Counted from the first letter of the stretch, positions 41,711-54,750 are shown. The stretch: 64,000 bases of DNA from Octopus vulgaris (GCA_951406725.2 OX597819.1:112716001-112780000), one strand, 5' to 3'. Program-made: numbers and translations. Notes: generated from the sequence alone by a model not told the origin.

Positions 41711-42265
41711 GACGGGCTTCTTTCAGTCTCCGTCTACCAAATCTACTCACAAGGCTTTGGTCAGCCTGAGGCTATAGAAGAAGACACTTGCCCAAGGGGC
41801 CACACAGTGGGACTGAACCGGAACGATGTGGTTGGTAAGCAAGCTACTTACCACACAGCCACTCCTGCACCTAATCAATTAGTATCTTTTCAGCCATTGG
41901 ACTTTGGCCATGCTGGGACATTGCCTTTAATGGTTTAGTCAAACAAATTGACCCCAGTGCTTAATTTTTTAATATAGCTCTGATTCTATCGGTCTCTGCC
42001 AAATTACTAAGTTATGGGGATGTAAACAAACCAAGACCAGTTATCAAGCAGTGGTGGGAGAGACAAACTTAAACCCAAAACGCATACACACTCACATATT
42101 CATATATATGTAATCAGTTTCCACTCCGTATCTGTCTACCAAATCCACTCACAAAGCATCGGTCAGTCCTGGGATTTAGCAGAAAACACTTGCCAGAGGT
42201 GCCACTGAGTGGGACTGAACCTGAAACCACATGATCGCAAAGTGAACTTAGTAAACATTCAGCCA
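41120..42265. mobile_element. three SINE family A copies (+ degenerate head 41120-41290; - 41455-41872; - 41885-42265)
   Basis: Similarity to the family A module. Confidence 0.8.
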
Positions 42266-42633
42266 TAATTAATTAATATTCTAGTTGTTAATTCATGTAT
42301 TGCTTAATGTTCCAACTTCAAATTCTGCTAAGATGTTCATTTTGCTTTTCATTCTTCTGAGGTTGGTTCCTGATTAAGCACGATTTAAAACATGATCATT
42401 CATCATCCTTTAACATCCAAGATAGTGAGCTGGCAGAATCGTTAGCACACTGGACAAAATGCTTAGCTGCATTTCATCTGTCTTTACATTCTGAGTTCAA
42501 ATTCCACCAGGGTCGACTTTACCTTTTCATCCTTTTTAGGGTTGGTAAAATACATAGCAGTTGAACTTTGGGGTCAAAGTAATCAACTTACCCTTCCTTT
42601 GAAATTGGTAGCCTTATACCAAAATATAAAACC

Positions 42634-42667
<34 letters not shown>

Positions 42668-43622
42668 CGTCAATTATTATAGTAGTAGAAGTAGCAGTAG
42701 AGTGGCAGAAAATTTACAGGAAGCAATTTCAACCAACAATTCAATTCCAGTAAACTCCAGTTCTTGACTATTACTTAGTTTATTGACTCTGGAAGGATAA
42801 AAATTCATTTGATTTTCATGGGATCTGAACTCAGAAATAATACGGACATTAAAACTAACAATAATAATAATAATAATAATACTTTCTACTATAGGCACAA
42901 GGCCTAAAAGTTGGTGGGAAAGGGGCCAGTCAATTACATCGATCCCCAAAAAGATGAAATGCAAAGTCAACCCTGGTAGTATTTGAACTCAGAACATAAG
43001 GACAGACGAAATACCACTAAGCATTTCACCTGGTGTGCTAACAATTCTGCCACCTCACCCCCTTTACTAATGATGATTCATAACATAATCCACATGACCT
43101 CAGAGTTAATGGGTGTGTTACAGTTAATTTAATGGATACCTAGCACTTGACTGCTACTTCTTTTATCAACCCCAACAAAGAAGAAAGGAAACTTTAACCT
43201 AGGCACAATTTGAACTCTAAAGGATAAAGCTTTATCTCTTTATATTCTCAGTTCAAATCCTGCCAAAGTTAATTTAATTTTCGTCCCTCCAAGAGTGATA
43301 AAATAATTACAGGGGATGATTAAAGTTGACTAAGTTGGTTGAATTGCTTCCTATAGTGGGTCGGCAGTGATAAAAACAATGTTAAATGTTGGCAGGGTTT
43401 GAAGTAAATGTGTAAAAGGGAAGTAACTAGACACTGGAAGACAAAATACAGCATAGAAAAGTATTTTAGAAATTGACAAACACAGAAATAAGAATGTAAA
43501 CAAAGGAGGAAGGCTTGAGATAATTATAAGTGGGTGTGGCCTGTTTTATATCAGTGTTTATAATAAGAAAACTGGGTCAGCAAATAGACCCCAAAATAAT
43601 AATAACAATAATAATAATAATG

Positions 43623-43688
<66 letters not shown>

Positions 43689-43697
43689 GTAATAGTA

Positions 43698-43737
<40 letters not shown>

Positions 43738-44059
43738 TAATAATAACAATAATAACATCAATAATAATAATAATAATTTTTTTCTATTTTTAGATACAAG
43801 ACTTGTAATTTTGAGGGGAAGGGGGTAATTGATATCATCAACCTCAGTACTTAATTGATGCATAATTTTTTCAACCCTGAAGGAATGAAAGATAAAGCTG
43901 ACCTCAGTGGATGCTGGTATTATTATTATTCCTCGTTTTATAGCTTTCTTGGACTACCAGAAGTGGGTGATGCTTGAAATCATATCCTTATATGTTTGCT
44001 TACAAAGAGTCGTGGAGATATTGATGTATGCTGGTCACGAGGTTGTTTACTTGTTATAT

Positions 44060-44282
44060 ATATTTCTTTATTGCCCACAAGGGGCTAAACATAGAGAAGA
44101 CAAACAAGGTCAGACAAAGGGATTAAGTCTATTACATCAACCCCAGTGTGTAACTGGTACTTTATTTATCGACCCCGAAAGGATGAAAGGCAAAGTCGAC
44201 CTCGGTGGAATTTGAACTCAGAACGTAACGGCGGACGAAATATGGCTACGCATTTCGCCCGGCGTGCTAACGTTTCTGCCAG

Positions 44283-44286
<4 letters not shown>
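44060..44286 (-). mobile_element. SINE family B
   Basis: Same core as 4355-4590. Confidence 0.85.
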
Positions 44287-44357
<71 letters not shown>

Positions 44358-44523
44358 CCGTGTGTGTATCATTGGTGATTTTTTTCTTCCGTCTTTCCTT
44401 CCTTGGATCTTTCCTTTTCCTATGTTTCTTCTTTCTTTCCTTTCCTGAGCGTCCAATAACACTATACTTGTTCCATGTCCTTGCGTTGTTGTGTTTTTCT
44501 CTTTGTATTTTCATGTTTGGATT

Positions 44524-44599
<76 letters not shown>

Positions 44600-44729
44600 A
44601 TAAATATTAGGGAATAAATCCAAAATTACAGGGAAAAATCAGATTTAGGGTTAAATCCAATTTTATAGTAAAATATAATTGATTAAGTCTTTCCTTGTTT
44701 GGTTTTAAAATAGTGGTTTTGTCTCGAAT

Positions 44730-44773
<44 letters not shown>

Positions 44774-44866
44774 TCGAATTTGTGTGAATGTGTATAGAAT
44801 AATATATTAGTTGAATAAAGTTAAAACATAGTCTGGTTTTCACATTTTTTATTATGGTATTTCAAC

Positions 44867-44906
44867 AAAATTAGCACTTTCATACATAGTGTACTCATCA
44901 GATTTC
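44867..44906 (-). ncRNA. minimal type I hammerhead ribozyme in the inverted pLTR
   Basis: gaaat-CTGATGA-GTAC-actat-GTAT-GAAA-GTGC-TA-atttt. The full core, stem I (5 bp) and stem II (4 bp) are present, and stem III is minimal. Confidence 0.8.
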
Positions 44907-45684
44907 AAATGTGTTTAACTAACAGTTGAGTTCTTGACACGGTCAGTCTCATCCTCAAAGACAATACATTCCCTTCCAATGGAAAAAACTACCTCCAAAT
45001 TTGAGGCACAGCTATAGGGACACGATTTGCTCCAGTTTTGGTAAACTCACAATTGGGATACTTAGAACAAAACCTATATAAAAAGATTGAAGACAACTTT
45101 GGCTTGACCTTTAAAAGACATATAGAGGGCACATGGAAAAGTTACTTCGATGATTGTTTCCTAATTTGGACCAAATCCCTAAAAAATCTTGAAGAATTCA
45201 GCACCCTCCTCAATAATCTACACCCTAGTCTTAAATTCACAAGAGAAATGAGCAACACACAATTACCATTTCTTTACATAATGGTAATTAAAAACAACAC
45301 CCCAATCACAACTGATATTTATTGCAAAAGCACAAATACACACCAGTACCTAAATTTCAAATCATGCCATCCAACACACACAAAATGCAATATCCCATAC
45401 TGTCTAGCCAGGAAAATTTGTACTATAGTAACGCATGACTTATAGAACTGAAAGAATTTGTACTCAAGCAAAATTACCCTCTCCTACTTATAGAAAAACG
45501 CATACAATGAGCAAAAGAGAAACCTGCAGAACAACTTAGAGCAACATAGAAAAGACAAACTCATCAAAGGAACACAATAACATCTCTAGTAACACACAAT
45601 CCGCATCACCAAAACATTTTTAACATCATCAAAACAAATTTGCCAATCATAAAAACAAAGTGAAAAATTAAAAAAACATATCTA

Positions 45685-46064
45685 GGAGTGGCTGTGTGGT
45701 AAGTAGCTTGCTTACCAACCACATGTTTCCAGGTTCAGTCCCACTGCGTGGCACCTTGAGCAAGTCTCTCCTACTATAACCTCGGGTCGACTAAAGCCTT
45801 GTGAGTGGATTTGGTAGACGGAAACTGAAAGAAGCCCGTCATATATATGTATATGTATATATGTGTGTGTCTATGTTTGTCTCCCAAATCACTTGACAAC
45901 CGATGGTGGTGTGTTTACATCCCCCATAACTTAGTGGTTCAGCCAAAGAGACCAATAGAATAAGTACTACGCTTGCAAAGAATAAGTCCTGGGATTGATT
46001 TGCTTGACTAAAGGTGGTGCTCCAGCATGGCCACAGTCAAATGACTGTAACAAGTAAAAGAGTA
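45685..46064 (+). mobile_element. SINE family A inserted into the Penelope-like ORF
   Basis: A full SINE interrupts the A-rich PLE coding sequence between the RT and the linker. Confidence 0.88.
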
Positions 46065-46769
46065 ATCAAACACTTATCTTAAGCAAAAGGCAACCACATA
46101 ACCTAAAGAAAGTATTAACAAAAGCAAAATTCAACATAAACAAACAGGATATAACATTCACAGTATCGAAGTGTAATGATAACAGATGTGGAACGTGTCA
46201 ATACATGCATACGAGTAGATCCATTAGAGCAAAAAATGGACAGATTTTTGCAAATGCAGATATGAAATGCAAAAGCAGAAATTTCATCTACTGCATTAAA
46301 TGCCCAAATTACGAGGAATAATATATAGGAGAGACAGGGAATGCATTATCAGAATGCTCACAAGTCCACAAACAACAAATCCAGAACACTGTTTGCTCAG
46401 TGGAATTTGGCGAACGCCAAATTCCACTGAGCAAACATATAGAGACATGTGGTCAGAAAATGTTTCTAATTTTTCCTTTCCACAAACTTCATGACACAAG
46501 TGAGGTTGGAAGAAAGATAAAAGGAAAACGGTTTATTAAAATGTTTGAACCTGTTCTGAACGGAAATAACAGCAATAATATAACAATCAGTTAACGATGT
46601 AGATTAATAAATATAACCAAGTGACAGAATATTGGTATGCCTGGCAAACTGTGATGTTTAAGAGCATATGGATTGATCAAGAAGGTGTTCTAAAAGCTCA
46701 GATGGTTGGAGCATTCTAAGTGGTACTAAAGTTGTCAAGAACTCAACTGTCAGTTAAACTTATTTAACT

Positions 46770-46809
46770 GAAATCTGAGGAGTACACTATGTATGAAAGC
46801 ACTAATTTT
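46770..46809 (+). ncRNA. minimal type I hammerhead ribozyme in the 3' pLTR
   Basis: gaaat-CTGAGGA-GTAC-actat-GTAT-GAAA-GCAC-TA-atttt. Confidence 0.75.
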
Positions 46810-46879
46810 GTTAAAATACCATAATAAAAAATGTGAAAACCAGACTATGTTTCGACTTTATTCAACTAATATATATATA

Positions 46880-47303
46880 GGAGTGGCTGTGTGGTAGGCG
46901 CAGGAGTGGCTGTGTGGTAAGTAGCTTGCTTACCAACCACATGGTTCCGGGTTCAGTCCCACTGCGTGGCACCTTGGGCAAGTGTCTTCTACTGTAGCCT
47001 CGGGCCGACCAATGCCTTGTGAGTGGATTTGGTAGACGGAAACTGAAAAGAAGCCCATCGTATATATGTATATATATATGCGTGTGTGTGTGTTTGTGTG
47101 TCTGTGTTTGTCCCCCTAGCATTGCTTGACAACCGATGCTGGTGTGTTTATGTCCCCGTTACTTAGCGGTTCGGCAAAAGAGACCGATAGAATAAGTACT
47201 GGGCTTACAAAAGAATAAGTCCTGGGGTCGAGTTGATCGATTAAAGACGGTGCTCCAGCATGGCCACAGTCAAATGACTGAAACAAGTAAAAGAGTAAAA
47301 GAG

Positions 47304-47304
<1 letters not shown>
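46880..47304 (+). mobile_element. SINE family A with duplicated 5' head
   Basis: GGAGTGGCTGTGTGGTA occurs twice (46880 and 46903), followed by the full body. Confidence 0.88.
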
Positions 47305-47341
<37 letters not shown>

Positions 47342-48184
47342 CAATGCACTCTGGCATTGCCCAGGTGCTATGACCTACAGCCACATTGTATTATCTGTTC
47401 CTTTTTTATAGACAGAAGCGGCACACAAGGAGTATGAAGCAAACAGCACTTCTTTATAAACATGTTATTTGATCATTTCCTGATGAACAACACTGCAGTT
47501 TCCATCTACCAAATTCAGTCATAAGTTTGTGCTGATGATGATGATGATGACGACAACTATGATGATGATATATATTATTTGCCAGGCCTACAGGTATCAC
47601 CAATTATGGATCCCCTCCATGCCAAAAATCTGTTGTATCTTTCTTGGGAAAGATATAGCAGTAGTTTTCTGCTGCCTTCCATCAGCTTATTTACAGTGTA
47701 CTCTGTTAATAACCTGATTTTCTGAACTTACCCTTGAGGGGTCTGGTTTGCATCACATCAGGGCATGGACATACAGTGGTGAAGCTGGGTGACACATGTC
47801 TATGACCCAACCCTTCTTTAAGTTTGGTATGTCTTAGCCACAGAACTACTTTCTGTTATTGTGTTCTTTGACTGATATTACTGCCCTGGGTCTGAGTTGA
47901 CCTGGGAAGAGAGATGACATCTCCATACTTGACAGAAAAATTCCTGAACTTTTGAGCTGGAGCCTCACCACAGGATGCAATTTAATGTCATTATGAGGGT
48001 GTATATGTCCATGTTTGTGTGTGTGTGCATATGTGCATATGTATGTGTATCCATATATATTTATCCATACATAAGTATATATATATGTGTGTGTGTGTGT
48101 ATGTGTGTGTATGTGTGCGTGTGTGTGTGTATGTATGTATGTATATATATATACACCTATATACATACATAAATGTATACACAT

Positions 48185-48232
<48 letters not shown>

Positions 48233-48238
48233 TATATA

Positions 48239-48279
<41 letters not shown>

Positions 48280-49262
48280 TCACACATGCACATAGACATA
48301 CACAAATATATGCACTTGTATATGATACATGCGTGTATGAATGTGAGTATGTAAATATATATATATGTGTGTGTGTGGATGCATGTATCCACACATGTAT
48401 GTACGTATTTATAAATGTATGAGTATGAATTAAAAGGAAAAAGATAAAGTGAAAAAGAAAGAGATAACAAAGAAAGATGTCTGAAATAGGAAAAGATACA
48501 GATTACATGCAATTTAATAAAGAGGAGGATGTAATTAAATGGAGAGAAAGGTTACATAAAGGTCACAAGGTCAGCAACCAAAATATAACCAGGCAGTGGT
48601 TTGTGAGGGGTTAAAGAATGAGGTCTGAGTATTTGTAGGGCAAGGTGAGGGCAAAAATATTATTTGTTGTCATGGTAATCATAGTAGTTAAAGTAGTGTC
48701 TGTTGTTTGTTGTTGTACCAGGTCAGTGCTGAATGAGCAGAGCTATGATCAAAGACACCCCAGCTGTGACCAACATGTCAATTACTTACATGTAGTGTTT
48801 AGAAAACAGTATTATATACTGCTGTGGTTCTCAAATGGGGTCCATATGGCCCCTGAGGGTCTATATAAGATTTTGGGGTGTCTACGTAACAAAATGGTAA
48901 ATTGGAGATCCGCAAAAATATTTTAAGGACCCCTGAAAAAATTTTGCTTTAAATGTATGTATTGGTATGTATTGCAAGAAACAGCTGGGTTTCTTTCTCA
49001 AACATTTTACCTAGTTCAACCTGCTCAAGTTGATGCTGGATAGCATTGGATAACATAATCCAATGTATCCTAATTATGCAGCGGCGAGCTGATAGAATCG
49101 TTAGCACACCAGGTGAAATGCTTAGCGGTATTTCATGTCTTTACATTCTGAGTTCAAATTCGATGTAATCGACTTAATCCCTTTGTCTGTCCTTGTTTGT
49201 CCCCTCTATGTTTAGCCCCTTGTGGGCAATAAAGAAATAACAAACATACACACACACACACA

Positions 49263-49302
<40 letters not shown>

Positions 49303-49471
49303 GCTTCTTTCAGTTTCCGTCTACCAAATCCACTCACAAGGCTTTGGTCGGCCTGAGGCTATAGTAGAAGACACTTGCCTAAGGTGCCACGAAGTGGGAC
49401 TGAACATGGAACCATGTGGTTTGTAAGCAAGCTACTTACCCCACAGCCACTCCTATGCCTATGAATAGAAA

Positions 49472-49592
49472 GACATTTACAGCACTCAGGTTTCGCAAGC
49501 GGTCACCCATCTAAGTACTAACTAGGCTTGACATTGCTTAACTTCGGTGATCGGATGAGAACCAGTGCTTTCAAAGTGATACGGCCGTAGAT
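49472..49592 (-). pseudogene. 5S rRNA pseudogene, near full length
   Basis: Minus strand ATCTACGGCCGTATCACTTTGAAAGCACTGGTTCTCATCCGATCACCGAAGTTAAGCAA...GTTAGTACTTAGATGGGTGACCGC...GTGCTGTA matches invertebrate 5S, including box A and box C. It has several substitutions and is solitary. Confidence 0.85.
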
Positions 49593-49954
49593 TATATTTA
49601 TTTAGTAAGAGCTTCCAATTTGCAATATTTATTTCTCTATTATCAATAATCTTTTCTACTCTAGGCGCAAGGCCTGAAATTTTGGGGGAGTGGGGCAGTC
49701 GATTAGATTGACCCCAATATGCAACTGGTACTAATTTAATCGACTCCAGAAGGATGAAAGGCAATGTCGACCTTGATGGAATTTGGACTCAGAATATAAC
49801 GGCCGACGAAATACCGCTAAGCATTTTGCCCAGCGTGCTAACGATTCTTCCATCTTGCTGCCCTTTCCAATTTGCAATATTGACTGGTTACTTTGGTTTA
49901 TCAGAATTGAAGGTTTGAATGTGGAAGCATTTATAATGTGTTAAACAATAGATA

Positions 49955-50112
49955 GGCATAGGAGTGGCTGTGTGGTAAGTAGCTTGCTTACCAACCACAT
50001 GGTTCCGGGTTCAGTCCCACTGTGTGGCACCTTGGGCAAGTGTCTTCTACTATAGCCTCAGGTCGACCAAAGCCTTTTGAGAGGATTTGGTAGATGGAAA
50101 GTGAAAGAAGCC

Positions 50113-50169
<57 letters not shown>

Positions 50170-50179
50170 TATATATATG

Positions 50180-50213
<34 letters not shown>

Positions 50214-50428
50214 CGTTTGCGTGTGTGTTTGTCCTCCAAACATCACTTGACAATTCATGCTGGTGTGTTACCTCCCCATAACTAAGCGGTTCGGCAAAAG
50301 AGACTGATAGAATAAGTACTAGGTTTACAAAGAATAAGTCCTGGGGGTCGATTTGCTTGACTAAAGGCGGTACTCCAGCATGGCCGCAGTCAAATGACTG
50401 AAACAAGTAGAAGAGTAAAAGAGTAAAG
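49955..50428 (+). mobile_element. SINE family A
   Basis: Full module with expanded internal (TA)n. Confidence 0.85.
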
Positions 50429-50605
50429 AGATTATTTGAAGAAAAAACAAAAGGGAGAAAAGAGAAGAGAAGAGAAAGAAAGAAAGAGAAAAGAAGACAA
50501 ACATAAAAAACACGAAGGAGATAAAAAGGAACAAAAAAAATGTTGAAAAACTAGTGGGATATTGAATATAGATAAAGCTGGGACTGAAGCTGTTATATAA
50601 GGAAA

Positions 50606-51748
50606 TGTGTAACAAACTAGAATGAATGGTATTTAAATTTAAAATGTATTATTATAATAAAACTTGTTACACAGACAAGAGTTGGGAATTGGAGCTAGGG
50701 ATGTTTACAATTACTAACTACGAGCAAAACGCCCCCTCCCCCGTCCAATGGACGGTGCTGAGATGTCAAACATTTAAACCAAATTTTCTCAAAACAGCTT
50801 GTCCAACATTCCCATAGGCCTCCCCTTTGAGAAACACCGATTTAACCTAAATTTGAGACACCAGCAAAAGAAGAAATAAAGATAGACTTTTTTTCTATTC
50901 CAAAGAAAAACGATTTTAATGCGCGTACAAATGCACGTTCCCACGGCTTTATCGATCGCATTCTCACCTGGAATTGATTTTTGTAATTTTTTCAAGACTT
51001 ATACACGTCCTGATACCGTCAGTATCTACATTTCAAATTTGAGCGCAATCAGATGGAGGATGCCCATGATCCTAGAAGACACACACACACAGACAGACAG
51101 AACAGATTTTATATAATAGATGTGTAAAAAACTAGAACGAATGGTATTTAAATTTAAAATGTATTATTATAATAAAGCTTGTTACACAGACAAGAGTTGG
51201 AAATTGGAGCTAGTGATATTTACAATTGTTAACTACGAGCAAAACGTCCCCCGTCCAATGGACGGTGCTGAGTTGTCAAACATTTAAACCAAATTTTCTC
51301 AAAACAACTTGTCCGACCGTCCCATAGTCCTCCCCTTTGAGAAACACTGATTTAACCAAAATTTGAGACACCAGCAAAAGAAGAAATATAGATAGACTTT
51401 TTTTTCTATTCCAAAGAAAAATGATTTTATTGCGCGTACAAATGCACGTTCCCACGGCTTTATCGATCGCATTCTCACCTGGAATCGATTTTTGTAATTT
51501 TTTCAAGACTTATACACGCTCTGATACCGTTGGTATCTACATATCAAATTTTAGCACAATCAGATGGAGGATGCCCAAGATCCTAGAAGACACACACGCA
51601 CACAGACAGACAGAACAGATTTTATTTAATAGATGTGTAACAAACCAGAACAAATGGCATTTAAATTTAAAATGTATTATTATAATAAAACTTGTTACAC
51701 AGACAAGAGTTGGGAATTGGAGCTAGGGATGTTTACAATTATTAACTA
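50606..51748 (-). mobile_element. two ~400-bp non-autonomous Helitron-like copies (50721-51120, 51236-51633) alternating with three 115-bp flank units
   Basis: On the minus strand each copy starts A|TCTATTA..TAAAATCTGTTCTGTCTGTCTG and ends with the hairpin CCGTCCA-T-TGGACGG, then CTCG|T. The period is about 514 bp. Confidence 0.65.
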
Positions 51749-51981
51749 TTAAAATTCAAAACTGATAATTAGAGGTTTTAATTATGTCAATGTAAATATT
51801 AGGGGTAATGTTTTGATCGTACATAAACTATAATTATAAAAGATGAGTGTTTGGGGTAATTATTAAAGAAAACAGTTAAATTAAATTAAGAATGCAACAT
51901 GGAACCAGGCCAGTAGGTATAGCCTTATTATAATAATTTTGATATGCATATAGATGTGTGTGCATGTGTGAGTTTGTGTAC

Positions 51982-52018
<37 letters not shown>

Positions 52019-52543
52019 TGTGTATGTGTGTGTGCGTGTGTGTGTATGTGTGTGTGGCGGCGGTGGTGATGGTGGTGACGGTGGTGGTGGTTTTGGTGGT
52101 GGTGGTGGTGGTGGTGGCAGCGGCGGCTGTGGTGGTGACAGTGGTGATGGTGGTGGCGGTGGTGATGGTGGTGACGGTGGTGGTGGTTTTGGTGGTGGTG
52201 GTGGTGGTGGCAGTGGTGGCTGAGATGTTGGTGTTGGTAGTGTGGTAACTCACAGTTCAATGATGTTTCACTATGACAACCAAATAATAACAGATTAAGA
52301 GACACCTGATCTATTTAACGCGTGCTTGCGTGACAACTGGAGTGAGGGATTATAAAGAGTGCACGTGTGTGTGTTTGTGTGTGTCTGTGTGTCTGTGTGG
52401 TTAAATAGATTTCCCAAGGATAGAGGAGACTCCCATTAAGGGAAGGAGATCTTTTAGGAGAAAGATATTCTGACATATAACTCACAGCCAAAATAGTACC
52501 TGTTATCTTCCAATGCTTGTCGTGGGAACTTACTATGGCAACT

Positions 52544-52853
52544 AGTGGAGGCACATGGCCTAGCGGTTAGAGCAGCAGACACGTGGTCGAGGGATCGCGG
52601 GTTCGAATCTCAGATTGGGCGATGTGTGTGTTTATGAGCGAAACACCTAAGCTCCACCCGGCTCCAGCAGAAGGTAATGGCGAAACTTCTGCTGTCTCTT
52701 TCGACACAACTTTCTCTCACTCATTCCTCCTGCATCTTGCGGCTCACCTGTGACGGACCAGTGTCCCGTCCAGGTGGGGAACCTATACACCAAGAAACCG
52801 GGAAACCGGCCCTTATGAGCCAGGCATGGCTCAAGAAGGAACAAAAAGCAACA
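52544..52853 (+). mobile_element. tRNA-derived SINE (family E) with target-site duplication
   Basis: A box TGGCCTAGCGG, B box GGTTCGAATCT and a (CAA)-like tail. The TSD ACTATGGCAACT / ACTATGTCAACT lies at 52532-52543 and 52854-52865. Confidence 0.8.
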
Positions 52854-54669
52854 ACTATGTCAACTGAGAGGATGGCAAAAGTGTTGTACAAGTTTCTGTT
52901 ACTTAAATTAAATGACATACAAATGTCTCATTATTCATTTCATGATGATCTACCCAATGCCCATGGGTATTAGAGACAACACTGCTGTAAAAATTAACAC
53001 TTCCTTCTCCAAGCTTAGATTTGAAACCCAATCTAAAGATTCTTGGTCATCCAAACCACCACAATCAACAGGCATGAGAAAGGGTTTTCTTTGTCCTGTC
53101 AAAAAATGATAAATCATCTCCCTTTGACCTACGACCTCATCCATGTCAGGCGAAATTCAAATGGACAGAAGCTGACTCCTTTAGGTACAATCTCTGCTGC
53201 AGTATGTCTGTTCTTCTAGCTGCCACAGCGGTTATAAAATACTGTGGTCAACAGAGAGACAGACAGAAAGGCCTAGGATGCAGAGGAGAAAGGCTTTGGC
53301 GGACAGGCTGAAAGGTTCATGACACACTGGTAGATAGAAAGGTTCATGGCAGACTATTGTCTCAGATTATCGGCACACACACACACAAATATATTCAGTT
53401 CTGACATATCACCTCCACAGATGTACTCTGTTGCTATTACTAGCATCTCATAGCAGTTTTCAACAATTACATGTAGTGAAGAATATTGTATACCAAAGGC
53501 AAATGAAGTACAGCAAATAAATTATTTTAACTATGAATCGATGTCATTTATTTGTTTACTTCAAAGGCATCCACATGCCTATCACATTTGTTCACCTTAA
53601 CACACCTTAACCACTACACTGAGATCATCCCAGGAATACAGACTGTGATCTTAAGAGACATGTGATTTGTGGAAACACATGTAGTGATGTATTAAATTCT
53701 TATGGTTTCCATCCAAGTATTATTGCTATTATTACAATATATATATATCACCAAGGTCAACTTTGCCTTTCATCCTTTTGGGGGTCAATAAATTAAGTAC
53801 CACTTGAGTACTGGGGTCAATGTGATAGACTGTACCCCTCCCCACAAAATCCAGACTGTGTGCCTATAGTAGAAAAGATTATTACTATGTATATATACAT
53901 AAGGTGAGCTGACAGAATTGTTAGCAAAGTGAGCTTCTTCACAACTAAGCAAAGAATGGAAGTACTGGTCAAGAAATAAATGTGATACTAATATCTGCAT
54001 TCTTTCCGTTATCTGGGGTGTAACCGGCCCACTTACGAATACCCCTCATTCATTGGACAATGAACTTTGCTTGCGAAGACCTATTGAGGCAAGTGTAAAC
54101 AAACCAAAATTGCTGACGTGGCTGATGACAGTACCACTTGTTTGGCACTTGTGCCAATGGAATGTTAAAAGCACATCCAAGCATGATCGTTGCCAGGGCC
54201 ACGGATTGGCTCCCATACCAGTGACACATGAAAAGCATCATTTGAGTGTGATTGTTGCCAGCGTCACCTTACCAGCACATGTGCTGGTGGCATGTGAAAA
54301 GCAACATTCGAGCATTGTCATTGCCAGTGCTGCTGGACTGGCTCCTGTGCAGGTAGCACATAAAAACACCTTTTGAGCATGGTCATTGCCAGAACTGCCT
54401 GACTGGCCCTCGTGCCAGTGGCATGTAAAAAGCACCCACTACACTCTCGGAGTGGTTGGCATTAGGAAGGGCATCCAGCTGTAGAAACTCTGCCAGATCA
54501 GATTGAGCCTGGTGCAGCCTCTGGCTCACCAGTCCTCAGTCAAACTGTCTTGCTCATGCCAGCATGGAAAGCGGATATTAAATGATGATGATGATGATGA
54601 TGATGATGATCCTTTTACTCTGTGACAGAAGGAAATTTCAGAGATTTTGAATTGGTGTGAAACACATAC

Positions 54670-54750
54670 ATCTAGGGAAGCATGGTTCTTTCCTATGCAT
54701 TTTTTTAGCAGGCATTTGCAGGGTGCTGACTGAGGGAGCTGCTTGGATTC
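54670..54750 (-). CDS. candidate 81-nt exon (ESKQLPQSAPCKCLLKKCIGKNHASLD)
   Basis: CTCCAG| ... |GTATGT, phase 0-0, open and non-repetitive. The polypyrimidine tract is weak. Confidence 0.3.

Larger units (their letters stand above)
44802..46875 (+). mobile_element. 5'-truncated Penelope-like retroelement (Neptune/Naiad type): RT, Cys-rich linker and GIY-YIG, with inverted pLTRs
   Basis: RT motifs: YLQI*GTAIGTRFAP, YFDDCF, LHPSLKFT, LPFL, TDIYCKSTNTHQYLNFKSCHP. Linker: KCNDNRCGTC. Endonuclease: NFIYCIKCPNYEE*YIGETG...FEPVLN. Segments 44802-44939 and 46733-46875 are inverted repeats. Confidence 0.9.

Noticed and set aside
45002-45004. TGA in the PLE RT as selenocysteine
   Set aside because: It is not at a Cys position and is probably CGA>TGA decay. 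The copy has other stops and a SINE insertion.
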